Source: Obrimoposthia wandeli
Taxonomy: Eukaryota
Length of the DNA stretch: 64,000 bases
Direction of reading: 5' to 3'
Assembly (NCBI GenBank): GCA_977020255.1
Contig: CDROCS010003649.1
Span: 1 to 64,000, forward strand
Part shown: in pieces, positions 20,149 to 31,180 of the stretch
Layout: each line of letters begins with the position of its first letter
How positions within the stretch are numbered: the first letter of the stretch is position 1
The notes under the pieces: model-generated
Told to the model about the DNA's origin: nothing
The model's input: the letters and a program-made list of their open reading frames with translations, nothing else
The model's database searches: none
Position numbers and translations under genes: made by a program

Positions 20149-21402
20149 ATGAGAATTAATAAAGTTGCTCTAGCAGTTACAGCATTACTTGCAGCAAGCC
20201 AAGTTCAGGCCGCTGGTTTCCAAGTTAGTGAACATTCAGCTTCAGGTCTAGGCCGCGCATTCGCTGGTGAAGCAGCAATCGGCGACGACGCAGCATCACT
20301 TGCACGTAACCCTGCATTAATGGCAACTTTTGATAAAGCACAACTTTCAGTAGTTGGTTCTTATGTTGATCCTGATATTAGTGTTAAAGGCGAGACAGGT
20401 GTACCTACTTATGGTATTTCTCCATCAGATTTAGACGCTAATGATGTTGCTCCAGCACAAGCTGTTCCAGCTATGTACTACATTCAACCAATTAATGAAC
20501 AATGGGCAGCAGGTTTAGCTATTTATTCAAATTATGGTACTGGTACTGAATATGCTGATGATTACACAGGTGGTTCAGCAGCTGGTACAACTAGCATTAT
20601 GACTGTTAATTTCAACCCGAATATTTCTTATCGTGTAAATGAACAACTTAGCTTAGGTGCGGGTGTTAGCGTCGTATATGCTACAGCTGAATTAGAACGT
20701 AATGCAGGTATCGGTGCTCCAGCAGCACATATTGCAGAAATGGAAGGTGACGGTTACGGTTTCGGTTGGAATGTTGGTGCATTATATGAAATAAATAAAA
20801 ATAATCGTTTAGGTATTAGCTATAAAGCAAAAGTTAAAACTGAGCTAGAAGGTGAATTTACTGGATTGTCTTCAGGCGGGCAAAAAGTAGATGGTACTTT
20901 AGATTTAAATCTACCTTCGATTCTAGAATTGTCTGGTTACCACAAACTAAGCGATAAATTCGCTGTGTCATATAGCTGGCAGTACAGTACTTGGTCTGAT
21001 TTTGGTGATATTGTTGCTGAAAGTGCAGATAAAAATGCTTGTAATGACGGTACTCTTGGTCAATGTTTATTAAAAGAAGAAGATTACAGTAACTCAAGCC
21101 GTTATTCTGTTGGTGGTGAATACTACCTTTCTGAAGCAATAACATTACGTGCAGGTTATGCTTTTGATGAACAAGCAGGTGAAGCTACCATGAGCATCCC
21201 TGATACAGATCGCAAATGGTATACAGCGGGTCTAACTTATAAAGCAACACCTGCATTATCATTTGACTTCGCTGCAGCCTTAGTTGCCGGTGAAGAAATC
21301 ACATTTGAAGAATCACTACCAGCGGCCGGTGGTGCATCAGCAACACTCACTTCAAGTGGCGATGCGTACATCTACTCAGCACAAATGAACTACAGCTTCT
21401 AA
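20149..21402 (+). CDS. fadL: FadL/OmpP1 family transporter, paralog 2
   Basis: MRINKV start matches paralog 1 (ORF track over-extends to 20026); same family motifs; terminator at 21428-21454. Confidence 0.92.
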   Translation: MRINKVALAVTALLAASQVQAAGFQVSEHSASGLGRAFAGEAAIGDDAASLARNPALMATFDKAQLSVVGSYVDPDISVKGETGVPTYGISPSDLDANDVAPAQAVPAMYYIQPINEQWAAGLAIYSNYGTGTEYADDYTGGSAAGTTSIMTVNFNPNISYRVNEQLSLGAGVSVVYATAELERNAGIGAPAAHIAEMEGDGYGFGWNVGALYEINKNNRLGISYKAKVKTELEGEFTGLSSGGQKVDGTLDLNLPSILELSGYHKLSDKFAVSYSWQYSTWSDFGDIVAESADKNACNDGTLGQCLLKEEDYSNSSRYSVGGEYYLSEAITLRAGYAFDEQAGEATMSIPDTDRKWYTAGLTYKATPALSFDFAAALVAGEEITFEESLPAAGGASATLTSSGDAYIYSAQMNYSF

Positions 21403-21511
21403 TCCAAGCTTAATTCATCTTTGCATTAAAAAGACAGCCTCGGCTGTCTTTTTTGTTTTCTGATCAAAATCAACAAAGATCCTGTTTAAGGATCTTTCTT
21501 ACATCTACGCA

Positions 21512-21541
21512 TTGCAATTAAATAGACGATCGGTCTATAAT
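21512..21541 (+). promoter_or_regulatory. Promoter with embedded TetR-type operator
   Basis: TTGCAA-N18-TATAAT; palindrome TAGACGATCGGTCTA (21523-21537) fills the spacer and overlaps the -10. Confidence 0.75.
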
Positions 21542-21547
21542 TGAAAT

Positions 21548-22192
21548 ATGGAAAATATGACAGACATTAAAGCTAAACCTCGCCGAGGTAGGCCACCAAA
21601 AGTAGCCCGTGAAAATACCGATACCCGCGCATTATTAATTCGCAGTGGTGTGGAAGTATTAACAGAGAGTGGCTTTGCCGCTGCAGGTATCGACGGTATT
21701 TTGAAAAAGGTCGGTGTACCGAAAGGATCTTTCTATCATTACTTTAAAAGTAAGGAAGATTTTGGTCAGGTGGTGATTGATAACTACGCTAGCTATTTTG
21801 CTGCTAAGCTTGATAAGTGCTTATTAGATGAATCAATTGCACCATTACTGCGGATTGTAAAATTCGCCGAAGAAGCCAAGCAAGGCATAATCAAATTTGA
21901 ATTTAAGCGTGGCTGTCTAGTGGGTAACTTAGGCCAAGAAGTAGCTATATTACCCGACAGTTATCGCCTTGTACTGCAAAACATCTTTGCCGTGTGGGAA
22001 AGTAAGATGCAAACCTGTTTAGAGACCGCCAAGCAACAAGGCGATATCAAACAGAGCATCAACTGCGTACAACAAGCTGAATACTTTTGGATTGGTTGGG
22101 AAGGCGCAGTAATGCGTGCACGACTGGTACAGTCAGTGCAACCGTTGGATTTATATATCGCGACGTTTATTGCCAGTATCGCCACCAGCTAA
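21548..22192 (+). CDS. TetR-family repressor, AcuR-like (acrylate utilisation)
   Basis: N-terminal HTH (ILKKVGVPKGSFYHYFKSKEDF), GCLVGNLGQE, WIGWEGAVMRA; directly upstream of acuI. Confidence 0.85.
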   Translation: MENMTDIKAKPRRGRPPKVARENTDTRALLIRSGVEVLTESGFAAAGIDGILKKVGVPKGSFYHYFKSKEDFGQVVIDNYASYFAAKLDKCLLDESIAPLLRIVKFAEEAKQGIIKFEFKRGCLVGNLGQEVAILPDSYRLVLQNIFAVWESKMQTCLETAKQQGDIKQSINCVQQAEYFWIGWEGAVMRARLVQSVQPLDLYIATFIASIATS

Positions 22193-22274
22193 AATAATCA
22201 TAGGTGCCTTGTTCTCTTTATTTCTAATTTAGGCATAACGAACAAGGTATTATTAAAAATTTTTTATATTTTAA

Positions 22275-22289
22275 TAGACGACCAGTCTA
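22275..22289. promoter_or_regulatory. Second copy of the TetR operator, upstream of acuI
   Basis: TAGACGACCAGTCTA, 13/15 identical to 21523-21537. Confidence 0.75.
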
Positions 22290-22304
22290 TATTTGGAGTT
22301 AAGC

Positions 22305-23288
22305 ATGTTTAAAGGTATTTTAATCGAAAAAAATGACGACCAATACACAGCGTCAGTACAATCAATTGATGAATCACAACTGCCTGCAGGTGATGTAAGC
22401 ATTGATGTTGCTTACAGCACTCTTAACTTTAAAGACGGCTTAGCAATCACAGGTAAAGGCCCAGTAGTGCGCAGCTTCCCTATGGTTCCAGGTATCGATC
22501 TTGTTGGTACTGTGACACAAAGCGATAGCGATAAATTCCAAGCTGGTGACCAAGTATTATTAAACGGTTTCGGTGTTGGTGAGAAACATTGGGGTGGCCT
22601 TGCAGAAAAAGCTCGTCTAAACAGTGACTGGTTAATCAAACTACCTACTGGTTTAACAGCAAAACAAGCAATGGCAATCGGTACTGCCGGTTACACTGCG
22701 ATGTTATCTGTTATTGCATTAGAACGTCACGGCATGACTCCTGAAAAAGGCGATGTATTGGTAACTGGCGCTAACGGTGGTGTGGGTAGTTTTGCTATCA
22801 CACTATTATCTAAACTGGGTTATAACGTTATCGCATCAACAGGCCGTCCTGAAGAAGCGGATTACCTAAAAGCATTAGGCGCTTCAGAAATCATAGATCG
22901 TAATACCTTATCTGAACCAGGCCGCCCTATGGTTAAAGAACGTTGGGCTGCAGCGATTGATTCTGTGGGTAGCCATACACTAACAAATGTCTGTGCGGGT
23001 CTTAAATACGGTGGTGTTGTGACTGCTTGTGGTCTAGCACAAGGCATGGATTTCCCAGCAAGTGTTGCGCCGTTCATCTTACGTGGTATTACCTTAGCAG
23101 GTATCGACAGTGTTATGCGTCCTATCGCTGACAGAGAAGAGGCCTGGGCTCGTTTAGCTGAGATCTTAACCGCTGATGACTTTAATTCTATCGGTACTGA
23201 GATCGGCTTAGAAGACGCTGTAGCAGTAGCGCATGATCTAATGGCTGGTAAAGTGCGTGGCCGAGTACTGGTTAATATACAAAAATAA
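22305..23288 (+). CDS. acuI: Acryloyl-CoA reductase (YhdH/AcuI, MDR family)
   Basis: YSTLNFKDGLAITG, MVPGID, AMAIGTAGYTAML, TGANGGVGS, PFILRG; ATG 22305 behind GGAG. Confidence 0.88.
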   Translation: MFKGILIEKNDDQYTASVQSIDESQLPAGDVSIDVAYSTLNFKDGLAITGKGPVVRSFPMVPGIDLVGTVTQSDSDKFQAGDQVLLNGFGVGEKHWGGLAEKARLNSDWLIKLPTGLTAKQAMAIGTAGYTAMLSVIALERHGMTPEKGDVLVTGANGGVGSFAITLLSKLGYNVIASTGRPEEADYLKALGASEIIDRNTLSEPGRPMVKERWAAAIDSVGSHTLTNVCAGLKYGGVVTACGLAQGMDFPASVAPFILRGITLAGIDSVMRPIADREEAWARLAEILTADDFNSIGTEIGLEDAVAVAHDLMAGKVRGRVLVNIQK

Positions 23289-23318
23289 CGGTTTTTATTA
23301 ATAACAGACAACAGAATA

Positions 23319-23350
23319 ACAAAAGGCGCATCACTTGATGCGCCTTTTGT
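23319..23350 (+). terminator. acuI terminator
   Basis: ACAAAAGGCGCATCA-CT-TGATGCGCCTTTTGT. Confidence 0.85.
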
Positions 23351-23470
23351 TTACTTAAAACGAAGATAAAGCGACTACATAACCTGTCACTGCAACCTAC
23401 TACTACCTGTCACTACAAATTATATTCCGACACGAATAAATCATCTCTTCTTTCTTTAAGTGATATTTTA

Positions 23471-23517
23471 ATTTCGCAAATTGCATCTTATTTCGCAAAT
23501 TGCATCTTATTTCGCAA
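23471..23517 (+). repeat. 19-bp tandem repeat x2.5 (ATTTCGCAAATTGCATCTT), candidate enhancer
   Basis: Units start at 23471, 23490 and 23509 (partial). Confidence 0.9.
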
Positions 23518-23776
23518 GTTTACTCATTCATATTCTTCATTCTTATTGAATAAATCAGGTTTTTTTTCGTAAAAATTGTGAACAGGTCATCCTTATTGGG
23601 TCGACAATATGTCAGTGATATTACGGACGACATAAAGCCTTATAACAACGAACACGTTATTGAAATCGATGCAGATATCATAGCCAAAGGTACCATTAAA
23701 CTCGGTGTGTCTAAAAGATGCCCCCAACATAAGTTTGGTTTGATAATAATATTTATATATATGACAGATAGAAATT

Positions 23777-23792
23777 TGGTATGCATATTGCT
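23777..23792 (+). promoter_or_regulatory. sigma54 (-24/-12) promoter
   Basis: TGGTATG-CATA-TTGCT fits TGGCACG-N4-TTGCW with exact GG/GC spacing. Confidence 0.65.
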
Positions 23793-23933
23793 TTTATATA
23801 ACAACTTGAATGGTAATTAAAATGCATCTTTCATTGTGCATCAATGTCGTTCCGAGTCTTTGGTAATACCACACTCATGTATGTATCTTATATTGTGAAT
23901 ACTACCTAATTGACATATATCAAAGGGTTATTT

Positions 23934-26045
23934 ATGAAATATAAACAGCTTTATACTCTCATGGTACTCGCGTCTGCGAGCTCCCAACTTTATGCAACTT
24001 CTGTAGATTTAGATTTTTCTAATCACCTAGAAACTACGAATTTGAGCACTTATTTTGGGCCATCTTATGATGGTGCGGTTATGCACTTTCTTAATGTCGG
24101 TACCCATAATGGAAAAATCATTGATGCCAAGGTTAGCAGTCAAACTTTTGGTGACGTGACATTTTTATATCACACGCCCAATTACAAAAGTTTAGGAACC
24201 AGTGAGCCAAACGGAGATATAGGTTTTCTATATCAAGCTAATTCGCCAGGTGCAGCAGGCCTTATTTACACATTTGAATTTTATGACGGTACCGATGGTT
24301 TATCGGGTACTTTCTCAGTTCCTTACTCGGTTCCTGAGTTTGATATGATTGGTTACGATATTGATGGTGAACCAGTTCAATCAGAACAAGTTCGAGTGTT
24401 CAAGAATGAAGGGTTTTACAGCTACCAAACATCATCAGGGGCAGCAAGCTTAACAGCAGAAGAAAGCGCGGATAATTTGTCTGTATTATTCTCCGGCCCG
24501 GGGGTTAATTATAGTGAAACAGATACATCTGGCGCGGTTAAATTTACGTTCAAAAATACATCGATTGTGACTCTTCAATTTGAAACTGTGACAGCAAGTA
24601 ATAGTCCTCTACCAAACCCCATCTTTTCTGCTTTTGATGGTAATTGGGATTTAAGTGGCTTTACAAACCCCATTACAAGCTCTGATCAATCCGACTTTGG
24701 TGACGCTCCCGACACCTATAATACACTGCAGGGAAATAACGGAGCAGAGCACGCCATTTCAACAGTATTATATCTAGGTAATACTATTGATGCCGATGTA
24801 GACGGACAACCAAGTATTACTTCAGATGGTGATGATCTCGATATTGATGGTAATGACGACGACGGTATTACTGTATTAACCAATCTAGAAAAAGGTCTCG
24901 ATTCTTTAATTAAAGTGAATGTTACCGGTAGTGGCTATTTACAAGCCTGGGCTGATTGGGATATGAATGGTACTTTTGATGAAGGAGAGCAGATCCTCAA
25001 TAATCATACAGTGGTTAACGGAGAACAGGTTATTTCAATACGTGTAGGTGATAATGCGATAGTTGGTGCAGTACAAACCAGATTCCGATTATCTAGCAGC
25101 CCGGATATACCAAGTTCAGGATATGTAGGTGATGGTGAGGTAGAAGATTATTTACTGACTGTGACCGACCCAGGAACTACAATTCAATATTCAAGTTATT
25201 ACACTGCAGCCTTCGAAGATAATTGGCCTGAAGTAGGAGACTTTGATCTCAATGATGTCGTGACTTACTATCGTACAACGATCATAAGTAAAGATGGTAA
25301 AGTACTACGATTAGATATCACTGGTAGCATCACTGCTTATGGTGCATCGTATGGTAATGGTCTCGGCTGGAAATTAAACGGTTTCGCTGAATCAGATGTA
25401 AACACTCAGTTAGCTCGATTAGCAATAAATGGGACGGCTCGACAAAATATTTCACCATTCACAGGTGAAGATAAAGGCATTTCGTCTCCGACTGCGGATG
25501 TCATCGTTGTTGCATCTCTAAATTTACTTAACGATATACCTATCAATGGGGAATGTATATTCCATCGAACAAATCCCAATTGTAGTGCATCACTAGAATC
25601 TGACCAAATGACGTTCAGTATCTCTCTTCCCTTCAACACAGGAAGCGAACCGAGCGTGAGTGCAATCAACATAAGTGGATACGACCCATTTATTTTTGCC
25701 GCAGGTCAAGGTTTATTCCATGGCACAAGCTTCTCTAGTTCTCCAGGTAAAAACCTAGAAATACACACAGCCGACTTCCCGCCAACCAGCAGAGGTACTT
25801 TAGTTTCGGCGTTCTACAATCACGCACAAGATAATTCAGATCCTTTAACTAATAAATACTATCGTACAGATACAAATCTATCATGGGGCATATTGATCCC
25901 GTCAGCTTGGAATCATCCATCAGAGTACATTGATATTAGCCATGCGTATCCAGACTTCGCAGAGTGGGTAACAAGCGGTGGTGTCTCTAAACCAACTTGG
26001 TACCTGAACCCTGATTCGACTAAAACTTGGTCAACAACAGATTAA
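23934..26045 (+). CDS. Secreted LruC (DUF4842)-domain protein with GEVED domain
   Basis: Signal peptide; DFGDAPDTY, AWADWDMNGTFD...TRFRLSS...GEVEDY, then FEDNWPEVGDFDLNDVV (LruC-type); ATG 23934 preferred over TTG 23910. Confidence 0.8.
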   Translation: MKYKQLYTLMVLASASSQLYATSVDLDFSNHLETTNLSTYFGPSYDGAVMHFLNVGTHNGKIIDAKVSSQTFGDVTFLYHTPNYKSLGTSEPNGDIGFLYQANSPGAAGLIYTFEFYDGTDGLSGTFSVPYSVPEFDMIGYDIDGEPVQSEQVRVFKNEGFYSYQTSSGAASLTAEESADNLSVLFSGPGVNYSETDTSGAVKFTFKNTSIVTLQFETVTASNSPLPNPIFSAFDGNWDLSGFTNPITSSDQSDFGDAPDTYNTLQGNNGAEHAISTVLYLGNTIDADVDGQPSITSDGDDLDIDGNDDDGITVLTNLEKGLDSLIKVNVTGSGYLQAWADWDMNGTFDEGEQILNNHTVVNGEQVISIRVGDNAIVGAVQTRFRLSSSPDIPSSGYVGDGEVEDYLLTVTDPGTTIQYSSYYTAAFEDNWPEVGDFDLNDVVTYYRTTIISKDGKVLRLDITGSITAYGASYGNGLGWKLNGFAESDVNTQLARLAINGTARQNISPFTGEDKGISSPTADVIVVASLNLLNDIPINGECIFHRTNPNCSASLESDQMTFSISLPFNTGSEPSVSAINISGYDPFIFAAGQGLFHGTSFSSSPGKNLEIHTADFPPTSRGTLVSAFYNHAQDNSDPLTNKYYRTDTNLSWGILIPSAWNHPSEYIDISHAYPDFAEWVTSGGVSKPTWYLNPDSTKTWSTTD

Positions 26046-26056
26046 CTGGAGGATTT

Positions 26057-26527
26057 ATGAAAAAAATAAACTTATTACTAAGTATTCTAACTATCACTTT
26101 TCTTTCAGCTTGTGATAGCGGTACAACAAGTACTACTACACCAAATACTGCTGCACCAAGTACTCCTACACCAAGTACTGGTTCCTCAAACGTGAAAGAA
26201 AATACAATTAATACAAGTGATCTTTCTGCACCTGAGGGATTTAATTTCACCACTGAACGCATAGTGGACATAACCCTTTCGGTTGCTAGTTCTCAAAATG
26301 AACGGGGATTTATGTCTGTTTACACAGAGTCTAAGAAAGGTGAAGTTGATTCCAAAACTCAGATTGTCCTTACTCCAATGAATGATAAAACAGAGTTTAG
26401 GAGTAGTGTAATGCTTCCTAACCATGTAAATAAAATCTGGGTTGAAGTTTGGTACCCTGATGCGTTAGGTACTGAGATTAAAGCCTCGGTAGATATTGTT
26501 GATGATACTGCTAATGCAATTCTTTAA
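26057..26527 (+). CDS. Lipoprotein with Ser/Thr/Pro-rich linker
   Basis: GGAGG Shine-Dalgarno, MKK signal, lipobox LSAC, 11 nt after the LruC gene. Confidence 0.85.
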   Translation: MKKINLLLSILTITFLSACDSGTTSTTTPNTAAPSTPTPSTGSSNVKENTINTSDLSAPEGFNFTTERIVDITLSVASSQNERGFMSVYTESKKGEVDSKTQIVLTPMNDKTEFRSSVMLPNHVNKIWVEVWYPDALGTEIKASVDIVDDTANAIL

Positions 26528-26553
26528 CGCCATTCCCTCGAGTATTCTCTAGC

Positions 26554-26598
26554 TTAATCATTTTGTGGTGGTACAACCTATCGCCACAAAATGATTAA
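26554..26598. terminator. Bidirectional hairpin between the lipoprotein and nucleotidase genes
   Basis: 15-bp inverted repeat TTAATCATTTTGTGG/CCACAAAATGATTAA. Confidence 0.7.
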
Positions 26599-26628
26599 AT
26601 ACCTATGTTAAACCGCCGCTATTAGTCC

Positions 26629-28623
26629 CTACTGCACGCGATTAAACGTCACAACTTCATAACCTAATGGCGTTAACGTATTGCGTTCACTATCAATGTA
26701 ATTCATCACAGCTTGTGCATCGGTATTACATACTGTGTTCTCCGCTTTACAGTTTGGCGCATCACCTTGGTAATTTACTTGATACTTTTTGCCAACCTTA
26801 GCAATATTCTTTACTTTAAAGCCAGTTAACTTGCCATCCACAAATGCTAAATCAACACGTTCAGAGCTGTTCTTCTGTGCTTCATACAATGGCGTCCAAC
26901 CATCATTACCCGTCGCATTGTAATTACTTAACGCGACGTTATAAGTTTTGTTATCTTCAACCGCAGTCCACAATGGTGCATCTTCAGTCCCGGTCATCAC
27001 TTCCACAAAATCAACTTTACCAGCTTTGTTCGCGACTGTTTCTGTGTAGCTATAACGGATATGACCACCATACGGGAATTTACCTGCGTGTGAACCAGCA
27101 GCTAATGTTGCGCTTACCGTATCGTTAATCAATGTTTTAATCACTTTACCCGAAACAGGTAAAACAGACATAAAGTTAGCAAATGGCAACATTTCTAACG
27201 ACACGTTACCTTGACGATATTCACCCGCTTCAATGTTAGTACGAATACCACCAGCACCGATTAAGGCAAAATCAACGTTCATGCCAGTGACTTTCTGTAC
27301 TTCTGCTGTATTTGCCCAGAAGTATTGGCCTTCCGCTAAAATAGGCGCTACATCAGAACCGTGTTTGTCACTACCGCGATCGCCAGGGCGGCGTTCATGT
27401 TTAATTTCTACAGGCACTTGGGCGATAGTTTTACCGTACGCTTGGTCAACAGCTGGCTTGTAGTTCACATCAATACGTTGACGCATTGCCGCTTCTTCAG
27501 CAGTAATGGTGATATTTTCTGCTTGGTCAATAAACTCAACTACACCTTGCGTAGCTGCACTATCAAACTTCTCATCCTCTTGACGTGATGGTTTTGAATA
27601 GAATTTATCATTGCTCAGTAATACATTGTGTCCATTACAGTTAACAATGTCGCCTTGTTGATTAAAGCTCACTTCTAAACGACCGATAGCTTGTGCGTAC
27701 TCGCCAGCTTGTACAACGCAAGTTTTCCCCATGTTATCTGGGTTTTTCACTATCTGTGCATACGTGCCGTTATTGTGTAAACCAAGGTTAGTGAAGTCAC
27801 CGAGTAGCGTATGTGAGTGACCACCAACTATCAAATCAATACCATTCACTTTACTGGCTACATCAACGTCCACAGCATTACCGATATGCGTTAACGCGAT
27901 AATGTTGTTCACACCTTTGGCTTTCAACATATCAACCGTTGCTTGCGCAGATGTCACCATGTTTAAGAATTTGATATCACCGGTATTAGGCGCGATATTT
28001 GGCATGTTATCTAATGCTAAACCAAATACGGCTACCAAGTCTTTATCTGTTGGTAGGTTATCTAAATCGCTAATAGCCGTTTTGTTATTGCCATCAAATG
28101 CATAAACCATGAAAGGGCGTAAATTGGTTTGGTCTTTTAAGTCCGCATCTTCACTAGCATCAATGTTTGCAGCCAATACCGGGAAGTTAACATCGCTGAT
28201 AAATTGATTAAGCTTGGCATTGTTCAAATCAAATTCGTGATTACCCAATGCCATCGCATCGATACCGAATAGGCTTAAGATGTCTGCATTCATCGCACCT
28301 TCGTTCAACTTAAAGTACGCACTGCCCTGCCACGCATCACCACCGTGTAAGAATAAAAAGCTGTCATCATTTTGCTGTGCTTGCAGCTTATATTCATCAG
28401 ACATGGTTTTTAAACGCGGGTGACCACCAAATTCGTTATACACAGTATCGCCGTTGGCTGTGAAGCTAGATTTAACCGGATCGAAGTTGGAATGGGTATC
28501 ATTGATATGTGCAACAGTCAGATTAAAGACATCGTCTGGTTGCGACGTTTGCGCGCAACCCGCTAATAATAAGGCAACTGAAACAGCGGTTAAACGCGCA
28601 GTAAGTGGTTTTGAAAACGTCAT
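26629..28623 (-). CDS. 5'-nucleotidase/UDP-sugar hydrolase family lipoprotein (UshA-like)
   Basis: Lipobox LAGC; calcineurin-like motifs NDTHS, GGDAWQG, LGNHEFD, GGHSH; C-terminal nucleotidase domain GGIRT. Confidence 0.88.
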   Translation of the reverse strand: MTFSKPLTARLTAVSVALLLAGCAQTSQPDDVFNLTVAHINDTHSNFDPVKSSFTANGDTVYNEFGGHPRLKTMSDEYKLQAQQNDDSFLFLHGGDAWQGSAYFKLNEGAMNADILSLFGIDAMALGNHEFDLNNAKLNQFISDVNFPVLAANIDASEDADLKDQTNLRPFMVYAFDGNNKTAISDLDNLPTDKDLVAVFGLALDNMPNIAPNTGDIKFLNMVTSAQATVDMLKAKGVNNIIALTHIGNAVDVDVASKVNGIDLIVGGHSHTLLGDFTNLGLHNNGTYAQIVKNPDNMGKTCVVQAGEYAQAIGRLEVSFNQQGDIVNCNGHNVLLSNDKFYSKPSRQEDEKFDSAATQGVVEFIDQAENITITAEEAAMRQRIDVNYKPAVDQAYGKTIAQVPVEIKHERRPGDRGSDKHGSDVAPILAEGQYFWANTAEVQKVTGMNVDFALIGAGGIRTNIEAGEYRQGNVSLEMLPFANFMSVLPVSGKVIKTLINDTVSATLAAGSHAGKFPYGGHIRYSYTETVANKAGKVDFVEVMTGTEDAPLWTAVEDNKTYNVALSNYNATGNDGWTPLYEAQKNSSERVDLAFVDGKLTGFKVKNIAKVGKKYQVNYQGDAPNCKAENTVCNTDAQAVMNYIDSERNTLTPLGYEVVTFNRVQ

Positions 28624-28807
28624 GATATTCCTTTACGGTCAGAGACTAAGATTAAATTCTTCAAGTGATGAAAACTAACACCAACTAAGTTAACCGCACT
28701 ATACCAATAATAAAATATCACGCAATATGCAGACTGACAGATGTGACTAGGCTGCACAGAATATTTTATATCTAAGCATTGATATAACTAAAACCACAAA
28801 ATATAGG

Positions 28808-28859
28808 CACAAAAAAAGCCTTAATCACGATAAAAATATCAGATTAAGGCTTTTTTGTG
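28808..28859. terminator. Intrinsic terminator hairpin, near-identical to 29327-29370
   Basis: CACAAAAAAAGCCTTAATC-loop-GATTAAGGCTTTTTTGTG. Confidence 0.85.
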
Positions 28860-28878
28860 TCTTCAGTTCGACATAAGT

Positions 28879-29208
28879 CTATTTTTCTTTCAATGTAGGC
28901 CAAACAAAGGGAGCGGGCTTGGTGGCAGTCGTTTCTGCTACTGAATTATTCTGAGCGAGTATCGCCCTGATTAATTTCCCAGTTTCTTTATGCTTACTAC
29001 AAAATGTTTTTAGGTATAAAATTTCAACTCTACTGCGTGCCCAAGGGGTTGTACGCAGAAATTTCAAGCTTGATTTAAGACGCGCTTTATTGGTAAAACA
29101 ACGAATATTAAGCAACTCACCCATCTTCTCCCAACCAATTTTCTTCTCTAGCTCGGTTAGAATCTGTTCAAGTTTAACGCCTTGTAGCGGATCATTACTA
29201 TTATTCAT
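28879..29208 (-). CDS. VF530/DUF2132 family small protein
   Basis: NDPLQGVKLEQIL...GW...NIRCF...KSSLKFLRTTPWAR signature. Confidence 0.82.
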   Translation of the reverse strand: MNNSNDPLQGVKLEQILTELEKKIGWEKMGELLNIRCFTNKARLKSSLKFLRTTPWARSRVEILYLKTFCSKHKETGKLIRAILAQNNSVAETTATKPAPFVWPTLKEK

Positions 29209-29326
29209 AGTCTACCTAAAATCAAAAAATAGCATTGTAACAAGTTTCCTAAATATTGACAGACTTATGCGTTTAACTCAGGTAAAAGTGCACCAATAAC
29301 TTTATTGAAAAGCTAATTTGCGCCTA

Positions 29327-29370
29327 TAAAAAAAGCCTTAATCACGATATATCAGATTAAGGCTTTTTTA
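29327..29370 (-). terminator. groL terminator, near-identical to 28808-28859
   Basis: AAAAAAAGCCTTAATC-ACGATATATCA-GATTAAGGCTTTTTT. Confidence 0.85.
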
Positions 29371-29430
29371 ATTTCTAAGGCTTAGCGTTTAATCGCTAAC
29401 AGCAGAGATGTAATCGCAAATTTGCGATGA

Positions 29431-31089
<1,659 letters not shown>

Positions 31090-31180
31090 CTATCAATATC
31101 GATCTATTCAGCTATTAATTTATTAAGTCATAAATAGATTAATGTATGGGGTTAGCTCTATAAGTTATAAATACTAAGAT

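Noticed and set aside
23382-23414. ACCTGTCACT direct repeat as a Pho box
   Set aside because: The period is 23 bp rather than 11 or 22, and no appropriately placed -10.
23578-23820. 80-aa ORF upstream of the LruC gene
   Set aside because: GTG start without a Shine-Dalgarno, no recognisable motif, and it overlaps the sigma54 promoter.
28742-28758. CRP site upstream of the 5'-nucleotidase (TGTGA...GCACA)
   Set aside because: The half-sites are 7 bp apart, not the required 6.
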